Source of the DNA: Thecamonas trahens ATCC 50062 | Lineage: Eukaryota; Protista; Apusomonadida | NCBI RefSeq assembly: GCF_000142905.1 | Contig: NW_013657636.1 | Span: forward strand, 246,992 to 310,991 | Direction: 5' to 3' | Length of the DNA: 64,000 bases | Shown: positions 1-9,774 of the stretch, piece by piece | Position numbering within the stretch: position 1 is the stretch's first letter | Layout: every line of letters starts with the position of its first letter | Program-made: the position numbers and the translations under genes | Notes under the pieces: generated by a model | Database searches by the model: none | What the model saw: only the letters and a program-made list of their open reading frames with translations | Told to the model about the DNA's origin: nothing

Positions 1-1911
1 ATGGGCGAGGGCAGTCGGCCCGCTCGAGGCCAGCTCGGTGAGAACCCGGTCCTTGCCCGACTCAAACTGGACCGCACTCAGCGTCTGGCCCGTGAGCAGC
101 TTGAAGCCAAACGACCAGGCCTCGAGCTCGGTTTGCCACTGGGTACCCGAGACGGCCGGCACGTCGTAGCCGAGCGCCAGCGCCAGCGTGGCGAGCTCGG
201 TCTCAGGCTCGAGGTCAGCCACAAGGCGTGCGCCGTGGACGGTGGCTGTGACATCGAGCGCGGCGGCAAGGACCGGCGCGTCGAGCTCGATGCCCTGGGT
301 CGAGAGCCAGGTCAGTGCCTCGGACTCGAGCGAGTGCGCGACGGCAACAAGCTCGCCGGCTGCCACCAGTGGGCTCGAGCGCTCGTTGCGCCACTCTTCC
401 CACAGAAAGGCGACACGACCTAGCTCAGACGGCTTGTCAGTGAGCAAGTCTGACTCTTCATCAGCCTGCATCATGCCGGGTGCGCGGCCGGGCACGTCGC
501 GGGCGAGGAGAGTGGCGGCGACAAGCCGGGCAGCGCGCGGCAGGTCGGCGGCGCCGGCACGCGACATGACGAGCTCGTCGCCCGAGCCGGACGACGAAAC
601 AGTGTGGCGGCCGCGGCCAAGAGTGACCTCCAGAAAGTGGCGCGTAATGACGCCGCGCGTCGGGAGCGCCATCGGCGGGACAGCCTCGGCGAGCGCCGGG
701 GTGAGCGCAAGTGACGAGCGTGCAATCCAGACCACAACTTTGACGTCGTCGTCGAGCTGCTGGGCGACAAAGCCGGAGACAGGGGGAAGGGAGTCGGCGC
801 CGAGCAGGTCCGCGACCGAGTCGTCGTCCGAGACGATGACTGCCTCCCCGGTAAAGACCGAGAGCAGCATGTAGCCACCGTGGCAGTAGCCGGCGGCAAT
901 GACACCGGCGACGGGCAGGACAGCAAGCGCCGAGACGGCAGCACGCGATGCGGCGAAGCGAGCGCCAGCCGCGCAGTTTCCGTCGGTCATCTGGGAGTCA
1001 AGCTCAAAATGAGGGAGCTCGTCGAGCGTCACAATAGCGCCGCGTGCCGTCACGAGTTGGGTCACGTCAACGAGGATGACACGCCCCGAGTTGGTGCCGA
1101 CGGCGATGAGGGCGTCGACGTGGTCTGAAGCGAGAAACGGAGCAAGCGATGCGACGCGCTTGGCCTTGGCCATGTTTTGCCAGCGGACCATCTGCCGCGG
1201 ATCCGCCAGGTGCGCCAGAGCAGTGACTGTCTCAGGCAGTTCGACAGCGCCGAGGAGGAGGCCTGAGCGCAGGTCGATGACTCTCACCAGCGCTGCTCCG
1301 CGGTCCTCGGCCGTCGCGACCACTGCCACCGTACCAGCACGAGTGGCAGCATAGCAGGCAGTCAGAACCGGCGACTGGAGGTGTACATACGCATTTCGGG
1401 TGAGTGGGAGTGGGAAGACGGAGCAGTGGGACAGGGAGGGGGAGGGGGGTTCAGGAAAAAGCCGTCACTTGCGACTCTGCCGGTTTGATCGGGTGGTTGA
1501 TCGCGGGAGAGAGGGGGGGGGAGACGGGGGCAGGGTGGGGCAGCTGCGGGTGGCGAGCAGGATGGGTAGGGGGGAGGGGGGGCGAGGATGAGGAGTGGGA
1601 AAGGATGCGTACAGAGGTGGTGTAGGCGTGTGTGGTGTCAGAGGTAGGCGAGGAGGCGAGAGTGTGTGCGCCCGGGAGGTGGCCGGAGACGCGGGTTGAT
1701 GACGCCCGAGCCTCGCGGGCGAGGTCAAAGACAGCGACCTCATTGCCACGGACAAGGAGGGCAGAGGATGTGGCAAGAGAGAGCCGACCAATGCCTGGAT
1801 GTGCTGTGCGGGAAGGGTGGGGGCAGCAGACTCAAAGGCCACAGGAAGCGCAGCTGTGGCGCTCACTGGCGGCTCGCTCCGCTGCGTTACAGCCTCGCGC
1901 GCCAAGGACAT
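1..1911 (-). CDS. AHCTF1: ELYS/AHCTF1-like nucleoporin, N-terminal beta-propeller region (gene runs off the window's left edge)
   Basis: The frame is open from 1374 to base 1 and is missing from the ORF track. It reads ...AEDRGAALVRVIDLRSGLLLGAVELPETVTAL...LIAVGTNSGRVILVDV...AVSALAVLPVAGVIAAGYCHGGYMLLS...PPVSGFVAQQLDDDVKVVVWIA, matching recalled ELYS blocks (LYDLGISKVVKAVVLPGRVTAI; VVTDVGQILLVDL; AVSTLSYI..LAVGFSDGYL; VPVYAVTFQEPENDP..YLWAV) in order. A phase-0 intron GTACGC..CTCCAG lies at 1612-1375. The putative ATG at 1911 needs a -1 correction near 1810-1825. Confidence 0.75.
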
Positions 1912-2072
1912 GGCCAGCCGAGTCGGGTGTGGTCTCTCGAGATCGGTGTGGTGGAGGTGGAGGCGATGAGGGGGCTTGGGTGATGGATAGCCAGCTGGAC
2001 GTATGTATGTGTGTTGTGTGCGTGCGTGCGTATGCGTGTGGCTTTGTGTATGTGTGCGTATGTGTGTGTGTA

Positions 2073-3204
2073 TTAGAGGCGGGATGGGATGTCGGCGACG
2101 TGAAGATGTGCGGTGTCGAAGAGAAAGTCGAGGATGATCTTGGCAACGCCGCGTGGATCGTCGAGGTGCGGATGGTGGGAGGTGGGGGTACGTGGATGGT
2201 CGAGTTAAAGGCCTTTGCAAGGGCGGTGACGCCGTCGGAGAAAGACCCGCGGTCCGAGGCGATCTGGATGGAGGGGCAGGTGGCACGAGCGGCGTAGGCG
2301 TCAAAGATCTCCTGGGTAAAGAACTGACCGGAGGAGAGCTTGAGGCGTGGATCGTGGGCAAAACGGAAGCCGTCCTTGTAGGGGCGCGAGCCACGCTCCA
2401 TGAGGACGCGGGCATCGTAAGCAGAGACAACAGGCGGGACTGGCAGGCCAAGGGACTCAGCCCGCGACTCGGCGCGATCGAGGAGCGACGAGGCGAGGCG
2501 GACGGCCATGGCATCCTTGGACGGGTAGACCCGGTACCGCGGTTCCATGCGGACAGCGGCAGCTTCAGCGCGGGCCGAGTTGGCGAGGATGGTCGGCATG
2601 ACCTCGGCCTTGATGAGGTAGACCGGGGCGTCGAGAAAGACGACGCCTGTGACAATGTCTGGCAGCATGCCCGCGGCGTAGGCCGCGACGTGGCCGCCCA
2701 TCGAATGGCCCATCAGCACAACCTTGGACCAGCCAAGAGCAGCAATGACATGGGTCACATGCTTGAGGTATGTGTAGAACGAGTACGCACCGTCCGGGCC
2801 GAGATGATCCGAGAGTCCGTGACCTACAAAGTCGAGGGCCACGAGCTGGACGACCGACGAGAGCGACGATGAGCCCGACGCCTGCTCTGCCGACTTTGTC
2901 GCAACTCCGGCTATAGCCGGCAAAGACGTTGACGTCGAGTTTGACGTCGAGGACAAAGGGAGCCGTGTTGTGAGGTGGGAAGGAGCTTCAGCTAGCTCAA
3001 GTGCCGCACCACCGGTGAGGTAGGGAGCGAGGGTGTCGTACGTCCCTGCGTTGTCCATAAAGCCATGCAAGGCCAGGATCTTGAGCTTGGCTGATGACGG
3101 GCCCATACCTTAGCAGCTAGCTTGATGCCTGAAGGCATAGTGATCTGCATTTCGTCGTCCTCGGTCCCCATCCATGCCTCTGATCCAGGCTCACGTCCGT
3201 TCAT
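2073..3204 (-). CDS. SERHL: SERHL/kraken-like alpha/beta hydrolase with C-terminal PTS1 (two apparent 1-nt deletions)
   Basis: Motifs are KLAAKVW[G]..ILALHGFMDNA, ALDFVGHGLSDH and the nucleophile GHSMGG. After a -1 shift at ~2186 the frame reads SHHPHLDDPRGVAKIILDFL...IPSRL*. A second shift lies at ~3103. Confidence 0.85.
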
Positions 3205-3549
3205 GGCACACGTCACGGCAAAGTCGGAGAGCGGTGGGTACGGGAGGGGGAGGGGGGGGGGGGGTGTGTGGGAGACAGGTAGTGATGTGGTATGCATGAT
3301 ATCATGGAAATGATAATGACAGCCCACCACACCCGATCCCATCCCATCACCCCCATACACCCACCCGCCATACCTCATTCATACCCCCCCCCCCCCCCCC
3401 CCCCCGTCCTGACCTCACCCAAGCAGCCAACCGACTGACCACACCCACCACCACCCACCACCACCCACCACCACCCCCACCATCACCCACACCCACCACC
3501 CACCACCACACCCACCACTAGCCCACTCGCACGGCCATTCGACTCCACC

Positions 3550-5306
3550 ATGCGTACCCTTCACCCACTGCTTGTACTTGGCCTTGTGGTTGTTGTCCTC
3601 GCCGCTACCTTCCCTCCTCCTCGGCTGTGGTCAGGCGCTCACGGTCGCGCAGTCGCGACCATGGTCATGGTCATGGTCATGGTCATGGTCGTGGTCATGG
3701 CCAGGGTCATGGTCATGGTCATGGTCATGGCGGAAGTGATGGCCAGCCGATTGGGTATCGGTTTCTCAAGGCGGATGCTGCGGAGGAGCTGGCCAACGAG
3801 AGCCATCCGTCGGTCTTTGTGGTCTGCGATGTGAAGGAGGCCGGGTGCGTGCGTGTGCTGGCCAATGCGGCCGGGGCGGCGGCAGAGATGGGATCGGCTG
3901 TGCCGCTGGCGGTGGTGGAGCCGGACGAGGCCAAGAAGTTTGATGCGCTGTGGAAGGTTGTGGCTCGCGGGACGCTCCCCCGCGTTCTGGTCACTGCTCA
4001 CGGTCTCATCATGCCATATGCTGGCGACCGGTCTGCCATCTCCATCGTCAAGTACATCATCCGTCTGCTCGAGTCGGACGCCGGGGCGACCCGGACGACA
4101 GCAAAGCAGTCATTTGCGGCGCTGGCGACGTCGAGCTCGTCCAAAGCAGCGCTGCTGGCGGTGCTGCCACCCGGCGCATCGCGCGAGCATCCGCTGCTTC
4201 AGGCGCTTGATGCTACCTCACATGTCATCGCCGGGCGGGTCGGCCTCGCATACACCACCGACGCCGAGGTGGCTGAGGCCGTCGGCGTGCCCGAGGGCGT
4301 GGCGCTCGCGCTGGTCACCCCCGATCGCGGGGTGGTGGCGTACAGCAGCGAAGCCGGGAGCGACGGTGTGTCGGCACAGAGCATCGTCGACTTTGCGGCC
4401 GCCAATGACTGGCGGCTTGTGGGCACGCTCTCGCGCGAAAACGCACACGAGCTGTGGGATGGGCTCTACGTCCACGACACCGGCATTCTGTGGATCAACG
4501 GGACGACATCGCCTGGTGCAGCGTCGGCGATCTCGGCGCTGTTTGAGGCTGCGCCCGATGCATACGACGCCGATGCGACGCACCCAGTCCGCCATCTGGT
4601 TGTCGACCTCGCACGACTGCCGGAGGCCGCCGGCCCGGTGACGCTGCCGGAATCTCTGCCGGCGTACGGTATTTTCCAGGCCGGCCTCCAGCGGCGGGTC
4701 TGGCTCGATGGCCGGCTCACCACCCGCAGCATGCTCGACTTTATCGTCGGCTACACCAGAGGCGAGTTTGGCGTCGACCCGCGGAGCGCGCCGCGGCCGG
4801 CAGCGTACAGCGTGCCGACGGCGAGCGAGCTGGAGGCCGATCCTGCAGCAGCAGTCGTCGAGGTCGTTCACGACAGCTACGCCGAGGTTGTGGCTGACGA
4901 TAGTGAGACCAACATGCTGCTTGTGTATGTGGGGACACCGTGCGCGGGATGCGCGACTATGCTCCCGATCTTTGACGATCTCGCGGCGCAGCTTGCGCTT
5001 CGTGGCCCGCCACGGATCCGGCTCGCAGTCTACGACCTGGCGAGCAACGACATGCCGGCGTCGGTCAAGGTTCAGGGCCGGCTCCCACTGTTTGTGGTCC
5101 ACCCGGCCGGTCCGCACCACGAGCAGCCGATTGTGCTCGAGCCCGAGAACGGACGGGTCCAGGACATCCTGCTCAACTTTTTGAGGCGGAACGCCGACAC
5201 TGAGACTGCGAGTGCGCTGGCGACGTTTGAGCTGGAGAACCACGACCCGGCGATTGCGGCACGGCAAGCCGCGATTCGCGAGGCTGCGACGGGTGCGGAG
5301 AAGTAA
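3550..5306 (+). CDS. Secreted PDI/thioredoxin-fold protein with a His-Gly repeat
   Basis: The signal peptide MRTLHPLLVLGLVVVVLAA joins the long ORF through a -1 shift near 3649. It contains PDI-like segments (YAGDRSAISIVKYI; VVEVVHDSYAEVV..LLVYVGTPCAGCATMLPIFDDLA; YDLASND) with CxxC = CAGC. Confidence 0.75.
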
Positions 5307-5332
5307 TGAACGGGCTGTGGACAGGTGAGGGT

Positions 5333-7997
5333 TCAATGGTGGGCGACGGCGTCGGTGTCGGCGTACGGGGTAAAGTCGGGCTCGCCGTCGCTGCCGTCGA
5401 CGGCGTCGAGGAGGACATCCAGCTGGGCTCGCATGCGGAGGAGGGCAGCGGACATGGCGTCTGCGCCGTGCTTGGCTGCGGCGGCAGCCTCGCGCTGGAT
5501 GCGGAGGGTGCACCGGAGAGCGGTGACACGGTCGTCGAGTTGGCGAATTGCCTCGGTTGACGCCGGGTTGGCTGCAACGACGGCGGCACGCTGGTCGATG
5601 AGCGCAGACAGCTGGCCGAGATAGTGAGTCCGCTGGTCGATGGCAGTCTGCAGGCCCAGAATGCGTGCAATGAGCTCAGAGCGCGGTGGAAGCGGGGGCT
5701 CGGGCTCGGAAAGTAGTTCGGGCTCGGGCTCGGGCTCTGGCTCGGGCTCGGGCTCATGCTCTGGCTCGGGCTCGGGCTCATGCTCGGGCTCGGGCTCGGG
5801 TTCCGCCTCGGGCTCGATGACGACTTTGGGCACGTTGCCAATCACGGTGGCGTGGAAGAGACGGGCGCCCTCGTCGGGCGGCAAGTCGACGAGGGCATCT
5901 GTAGGGACACGTCCCTCAGAACCGTTGGGGCACGAGCGAGAACCCAGGCTGGATCGACGGTGAGGGCAAAGACCTCGAGAAGATCGCCGATGGCAATGTC
6001 AAGAACCTGCTGCGAGCTGTGTGGGGCAGTGTGAACAAAGTCGACGGTGTCCGAGTGCGCTGGGAGAGTGACCACCCGCGAGTAGCGCGGCGACATGGCG
6101 CCTACATCCAGTGACTCGCGCGAGATCTGAGCCACGAGTCCGGGATGGGCCGAGGCTGACTCGCCACCAGGATGGAGGGTGACGAGGGCAGAAGGGGCGG
6201 TGGATGAATCAGGATAGTATGATGACGACGAGGATGAGACGGAGTCGGCCGAGGCCGAGTGTTCCGGCTCCAGCTCCGGCTCCGGCTCTGGCTCTGGCGT
6301 TGTGTTGCTCGTCGAATCCGAGTCCGAGTCGGACGAATCTGCCGACTTGACCTTTTCCTCCATCTCCTGGACGTCAACGAGCGAGCGGATGGTGCGGAGG
6401 CCGGTGTGCTCTGGGTTTGCAGCAAGAGTTGCGGCGCGAGCAGCGGCGAGGCGCGAGGGCGAGGTGCCGGAGGAGAGCGAGATGGCGCGACGCTGATGTG
6501 AGGCCTTGATCTCGGCCTCGGGGCGGGAGTCGACGTCCTCCATCGAGTCCGAGTCCGATGAGGTGTCTTCGAGCAGCGACTCGAGCATGACGCGGCGGGT
6601 GCGGAGGCGCTTTGCGGCAAAAGGGGTGGCAGCCATGGCAGCACGCTCGCCGTTGATAAGGCGACAGAGGAGAAAGTCGTGGAAGAGTTCGCCCTTGGCA
6701 AAGATGCCCGGCCAAGGCGTGGGAGGGCCAAAGGAGGCGACGGAGCCTTCTGCAGCAAACTCGACGGCGTAATGGGTCTCGCCGGTGGCCTCTGTCAGCT
6801 CGCAATCCTTGCGGACGGCGCAGACGATGTGGGTAAAGTGCGAGGCCATGGTAGAGATGTTGAAGGTCTCGGCGCCATCGTCAAGGAAGACGACGAGGAC
6901 GACGTCGTTGCCAATGTGGCGCTTCCGCTGGAGCTGCTGTGGGTCTTTGGTGCGCGGGAGGAGAGTGGAGACGTGAAACATAATGTCCATGCCATTCCAG
7001 GCGGCGGCGACCGAGTGGGCTCCTGTGAGATCAGAGGCTGTGTCGAGGCCGCCGGCAAAGCCTGTGTAGCCGTTGAGCTGGATGCGGTCGCCAAGAAAGG
7101 CGATGAACTCTTCAAAGTCGTCCGAGCCGGACTCGTTGGCCAGCATCTCTTCTTCGGAAGACTGGCCGGCACGGGCGAGGAGGACGCCAAACTTGTAGCA
7201 GATGGGCAGGTTCTCGGACTCTTCCAGCGACAGCAGTGTCGTGCGGATGGAGCGCGAGCGGACAGGTGCCTTGCTGAGGACGGTGGCGTACTCGGGTGCA
7301 AAGGTCTTGATGATCTTGCTCTTAGACACGCCACCGAACCGGGCCATGCACGTCTTGGCTGGCGCGGTCATCAGCTTTGTGCCTCCACCGAGGGTGCGGA
7401 GCATGGCGCGGAAGATGTGTGTCGACTTGTCGGCGTCCGCGTTCTCTGTTTGTGCGTAGAGGGGGAAGGGGGGGGGGGGTGAGTGTGGGGGTTGATACCG
7501 ACGAGTACGATGATGCCGACGAGTACGATGATGCCAATGATGCTGCTGCTGCTGCTGATAATGATGATGATGACGATGATGATGACGATGATGATGATGA
7601 CGATGAGAACAATGACAGCAAGAGAACGACATGGCCGACGAGGACAGCAGCGTCTGTGTGCCGGTACTTGCCCTTCCGTCCGTCCCCGTCAACAGCACCC
7701 GGTTCTTCCCCCTCTCCCCTCTCACCGCTCCCCCTTCCCCCTCTCCCCACTCTCCCTCCACATACCATGAATAACCGAGAGCGAGACCACACCCGTGGCA
7801 TCCGAGCGACCGACAAACTCCATATGCTCTCTCCCATAGAAGTAGTCAGCATACCAGGTAGAGTCAGCGTCCGACTCGGAGACGGTGACGTCGAGAGGAG
7901 CATCAGGCGCAATACGGATAGGCGGCTCGAGACGCCAACCGAGCTTAGGTTCGAGAAGGGCAACTGCCTGAAGGTGCTTGCTGTCACGTCGAGACAT
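5333..7997 (-). CDS. Rap/Ran-GAP domain protein with an SH3-like domain and C-terminal coiled coil
   Basis: RapGAP motifs are [32 protein letters not shown] and [18 protein letters not shown]. The N-terminal exon has [12 protein letters not shown] phase-1 intron lies at 7765-7446. A -1 shift at ~5928 links to ORF 5333-5884. The 5' end may extend into the gap. Confidence 0.85.
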
Positions 7998-8059
7998 GCC
8001 CACTATTGCTCTGCCTCACTACTTCTCGTCCTCCTCGCACTGCCTCCCTCCCCGCTGGA

Positions 8060-8062
<3 letters not shown>

Positions 8063-8122
<60 letters not shown>
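8063..8122. repeat. (GT)n microsatellite abutting a gap
   Basis: Perfect GT dinucleotide run. Confidence 0.95.
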
Positions 8123-8924
8123 NNNNNNNNNNNNNNNNNNNNNNNNNNNNNNNNNNNNNNNNNNNNNNNNNNNNNNNNNNNNNNNNNNNNNNNNNNNNNN
8201 NNNNNNNNNNNNNNNNNNNNNNNNNNNNNNNNNNNNNNNNNNNNNNNNNNNNNNNNNNNNNNNNNNNNNNNNNNNNNNNNNNNNNNNNNNNNNNNNNNNN
8301 NNNNNNNNNNNNNNNNNNNNNNNNNNNNNNNNNNNNNNNNNNNNNNNNNNNNNNNNNNNNNNNNNNNNNNNNNNNNNNNNNNNNNNNNNNNNNNNNNNNN
8401 NNNNNNNNNNNNNNNNNNNNNNNNNNNNNNNNNNNNNNNNNNNNNNNNNNNNNNNNNNNNNNNNNNNNNNNNNNNNNNNNNNNNNNNNNNNNNNNNNNNN
8501 NNNNNNNNNNNNNNNNNNNNNNNNNNNNNNNNNNNNNNNNNNNNNNNNNNNNNNNNNNNNNNNNNNNNNNNNNNNNNNNNNNNNNNNNNNNNNNNNNNNN
8601 NNNNNNNNNNNNNNNNNNNNNNNNNNNNNNNNNNNNNNNNNNNNNNNNNNNNNNNNNNNNNNNNNNNNNNNNNNNNNNNNNNNNNNNNNNNNNNNNNNNN
8701 NNNNNNNNNNNNNNNNNNNNNNNNNNNNNNNNNNNNNNNNNNNNNNNNNNNNNNNNNNNNNNNNNNNNNNNNNNNNNNNNNNNNNNNNNNNNNNNNNNNN
8801 NNNNNNNNNNNNNNNNNNNNNNNNNNNNNNNNNNNNNNNNNNNNNNNNNNNNNNNNNNNNNNNNNNNNNNNNNNNNNNNNNNNNNNNNNNNNNNNNNNNN
8901 NNNNNNNNNNNNNNNNNNNNNNNN
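8123..8924. other. Assembly gap (N run)
   Basis: Ns in the sequence. Confidence 0.99.
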
Positions 8925-9729
8925 TCCCACCACCACTACCACCACATCTACCACCACCACACGTGACTCGTCGACGGCAAGAGGAGGTAGGCATGGACCC
9001 CCACACGGACAAGGCCAAGCGGTATCTGAAGAAGCTCGGTTCTGCCCTCTTCAAGGTGCTTATCCTCTCCGAGTCGTACGGGACACGGAGGGCATCGCTG
9101 GAGGTGTCCAAGGCGTAGGTGCTGGGGGGTGGGGGGAGGGGGTGGGGGTGGGGGTGGGGAAGGAGTGGGGGTGGGGAGAGGGGTGGTACTCATGCTGGTG
9201 GTGGACATGGTGCTGGTGGCGATGTACATGCGGCGGATGACCAACATGCGGATGACCAACATGCGGCGGATGACCAACATGCGGCGGATGACCAACATGC
9301 GGCGGATGACCAACATGCGGCGGATGACCAACATGCGGCGGATGACCAACATGCGGCGGATGACCAACATGCGGCGGATGACCAACATGCGGCGGATGAC
9401 CAACATGCGGCGGATGACGATCACCTGTCAACAGTGGCGTGGTCATCGCCTTCCAGGAGCCGCTCAACGGCGTTCGCGTCCTCTACGACGAGTCGTTCGA
9501 GACAGCACCTATCGTACGTACTTCTCGCCAGGCACGCCTTCCTTCTTCCCCCGCCCCCCTTTCCAACTCACCCCTCTCCTCCGCGCAGTCGATCATGATC
9601 CATCCGCGAAGCGACAAGCTGGTGATGATCAAGTTCTCTGCAGGGCGACAGCTCGCGTTTGCTACGCAGTCGCCGTACGAGTCGAACCTGCTGGTGTGGT
9701 GCCTCGAGTACTTTCAGTACGAGGCGTGA
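8925..9729 (+). CDS. 3-exon protein (5' end possibly in the gap) with a PH-like C-terminal domain
   Basis: Introns GTAGGT..CAACAG (9115-9433) and GTACGT..CGCAG (~9514-9588) splice in frame to give ...KRYLKKLGSALFKVLIL...LEVSKAGVVIAF...YDESF...IMIHPRSDKLVMIKF..GRQLAFATQSPYESNLLVWCLEYF. Confidence 0.65.
9227..9420. repeat. 18-bp tandem repeat (CATGCGGCGGATGACCAA), about 10-11 copies, intronic
   Basis: Directly visible; one copy lacks a CGG. Confidence 0.95.
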
Positions 9730-9774
9730 GGGCGCGGCGTGCATGGAGGGTGATTTAGGTTGAGGGCGCAGCAG

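Noticed and set aside
1806-1835. TGA readthrough fusing SERHL to ELYS (the frames coincide)
   Set aside because: SERHL properly ends at 2073 in another frame, so the coincidence is better explained by the frame breaks.
3086-3108. 18-23-nt micro-intron (GTATGG..AG) explaining the SERHL break
   Set aside because: The 18-nt version leaves the wrong frame and the 23-nt version deletes the conserved VWG residues. Most other breaks lack GT-AG.
7446-7765. Poly-His / poly-Asp ORFs
   Set aside because: They come from a (GAT)n-type microsatellite inside the RapGAP intron.
7377-9240. Long ORFs spanning N runs (also ~26100-27200 and ~42000-43270)
   Set aside because: They are artefacts of translating through assembly gaps.
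9227-9420. 18-bp repeat array as a CRISPR array or repeat protein (MRRMTN / HAADDQ)
   Set aside because: There are no spacers or cas genes, and it lies within a GT-AG intron.
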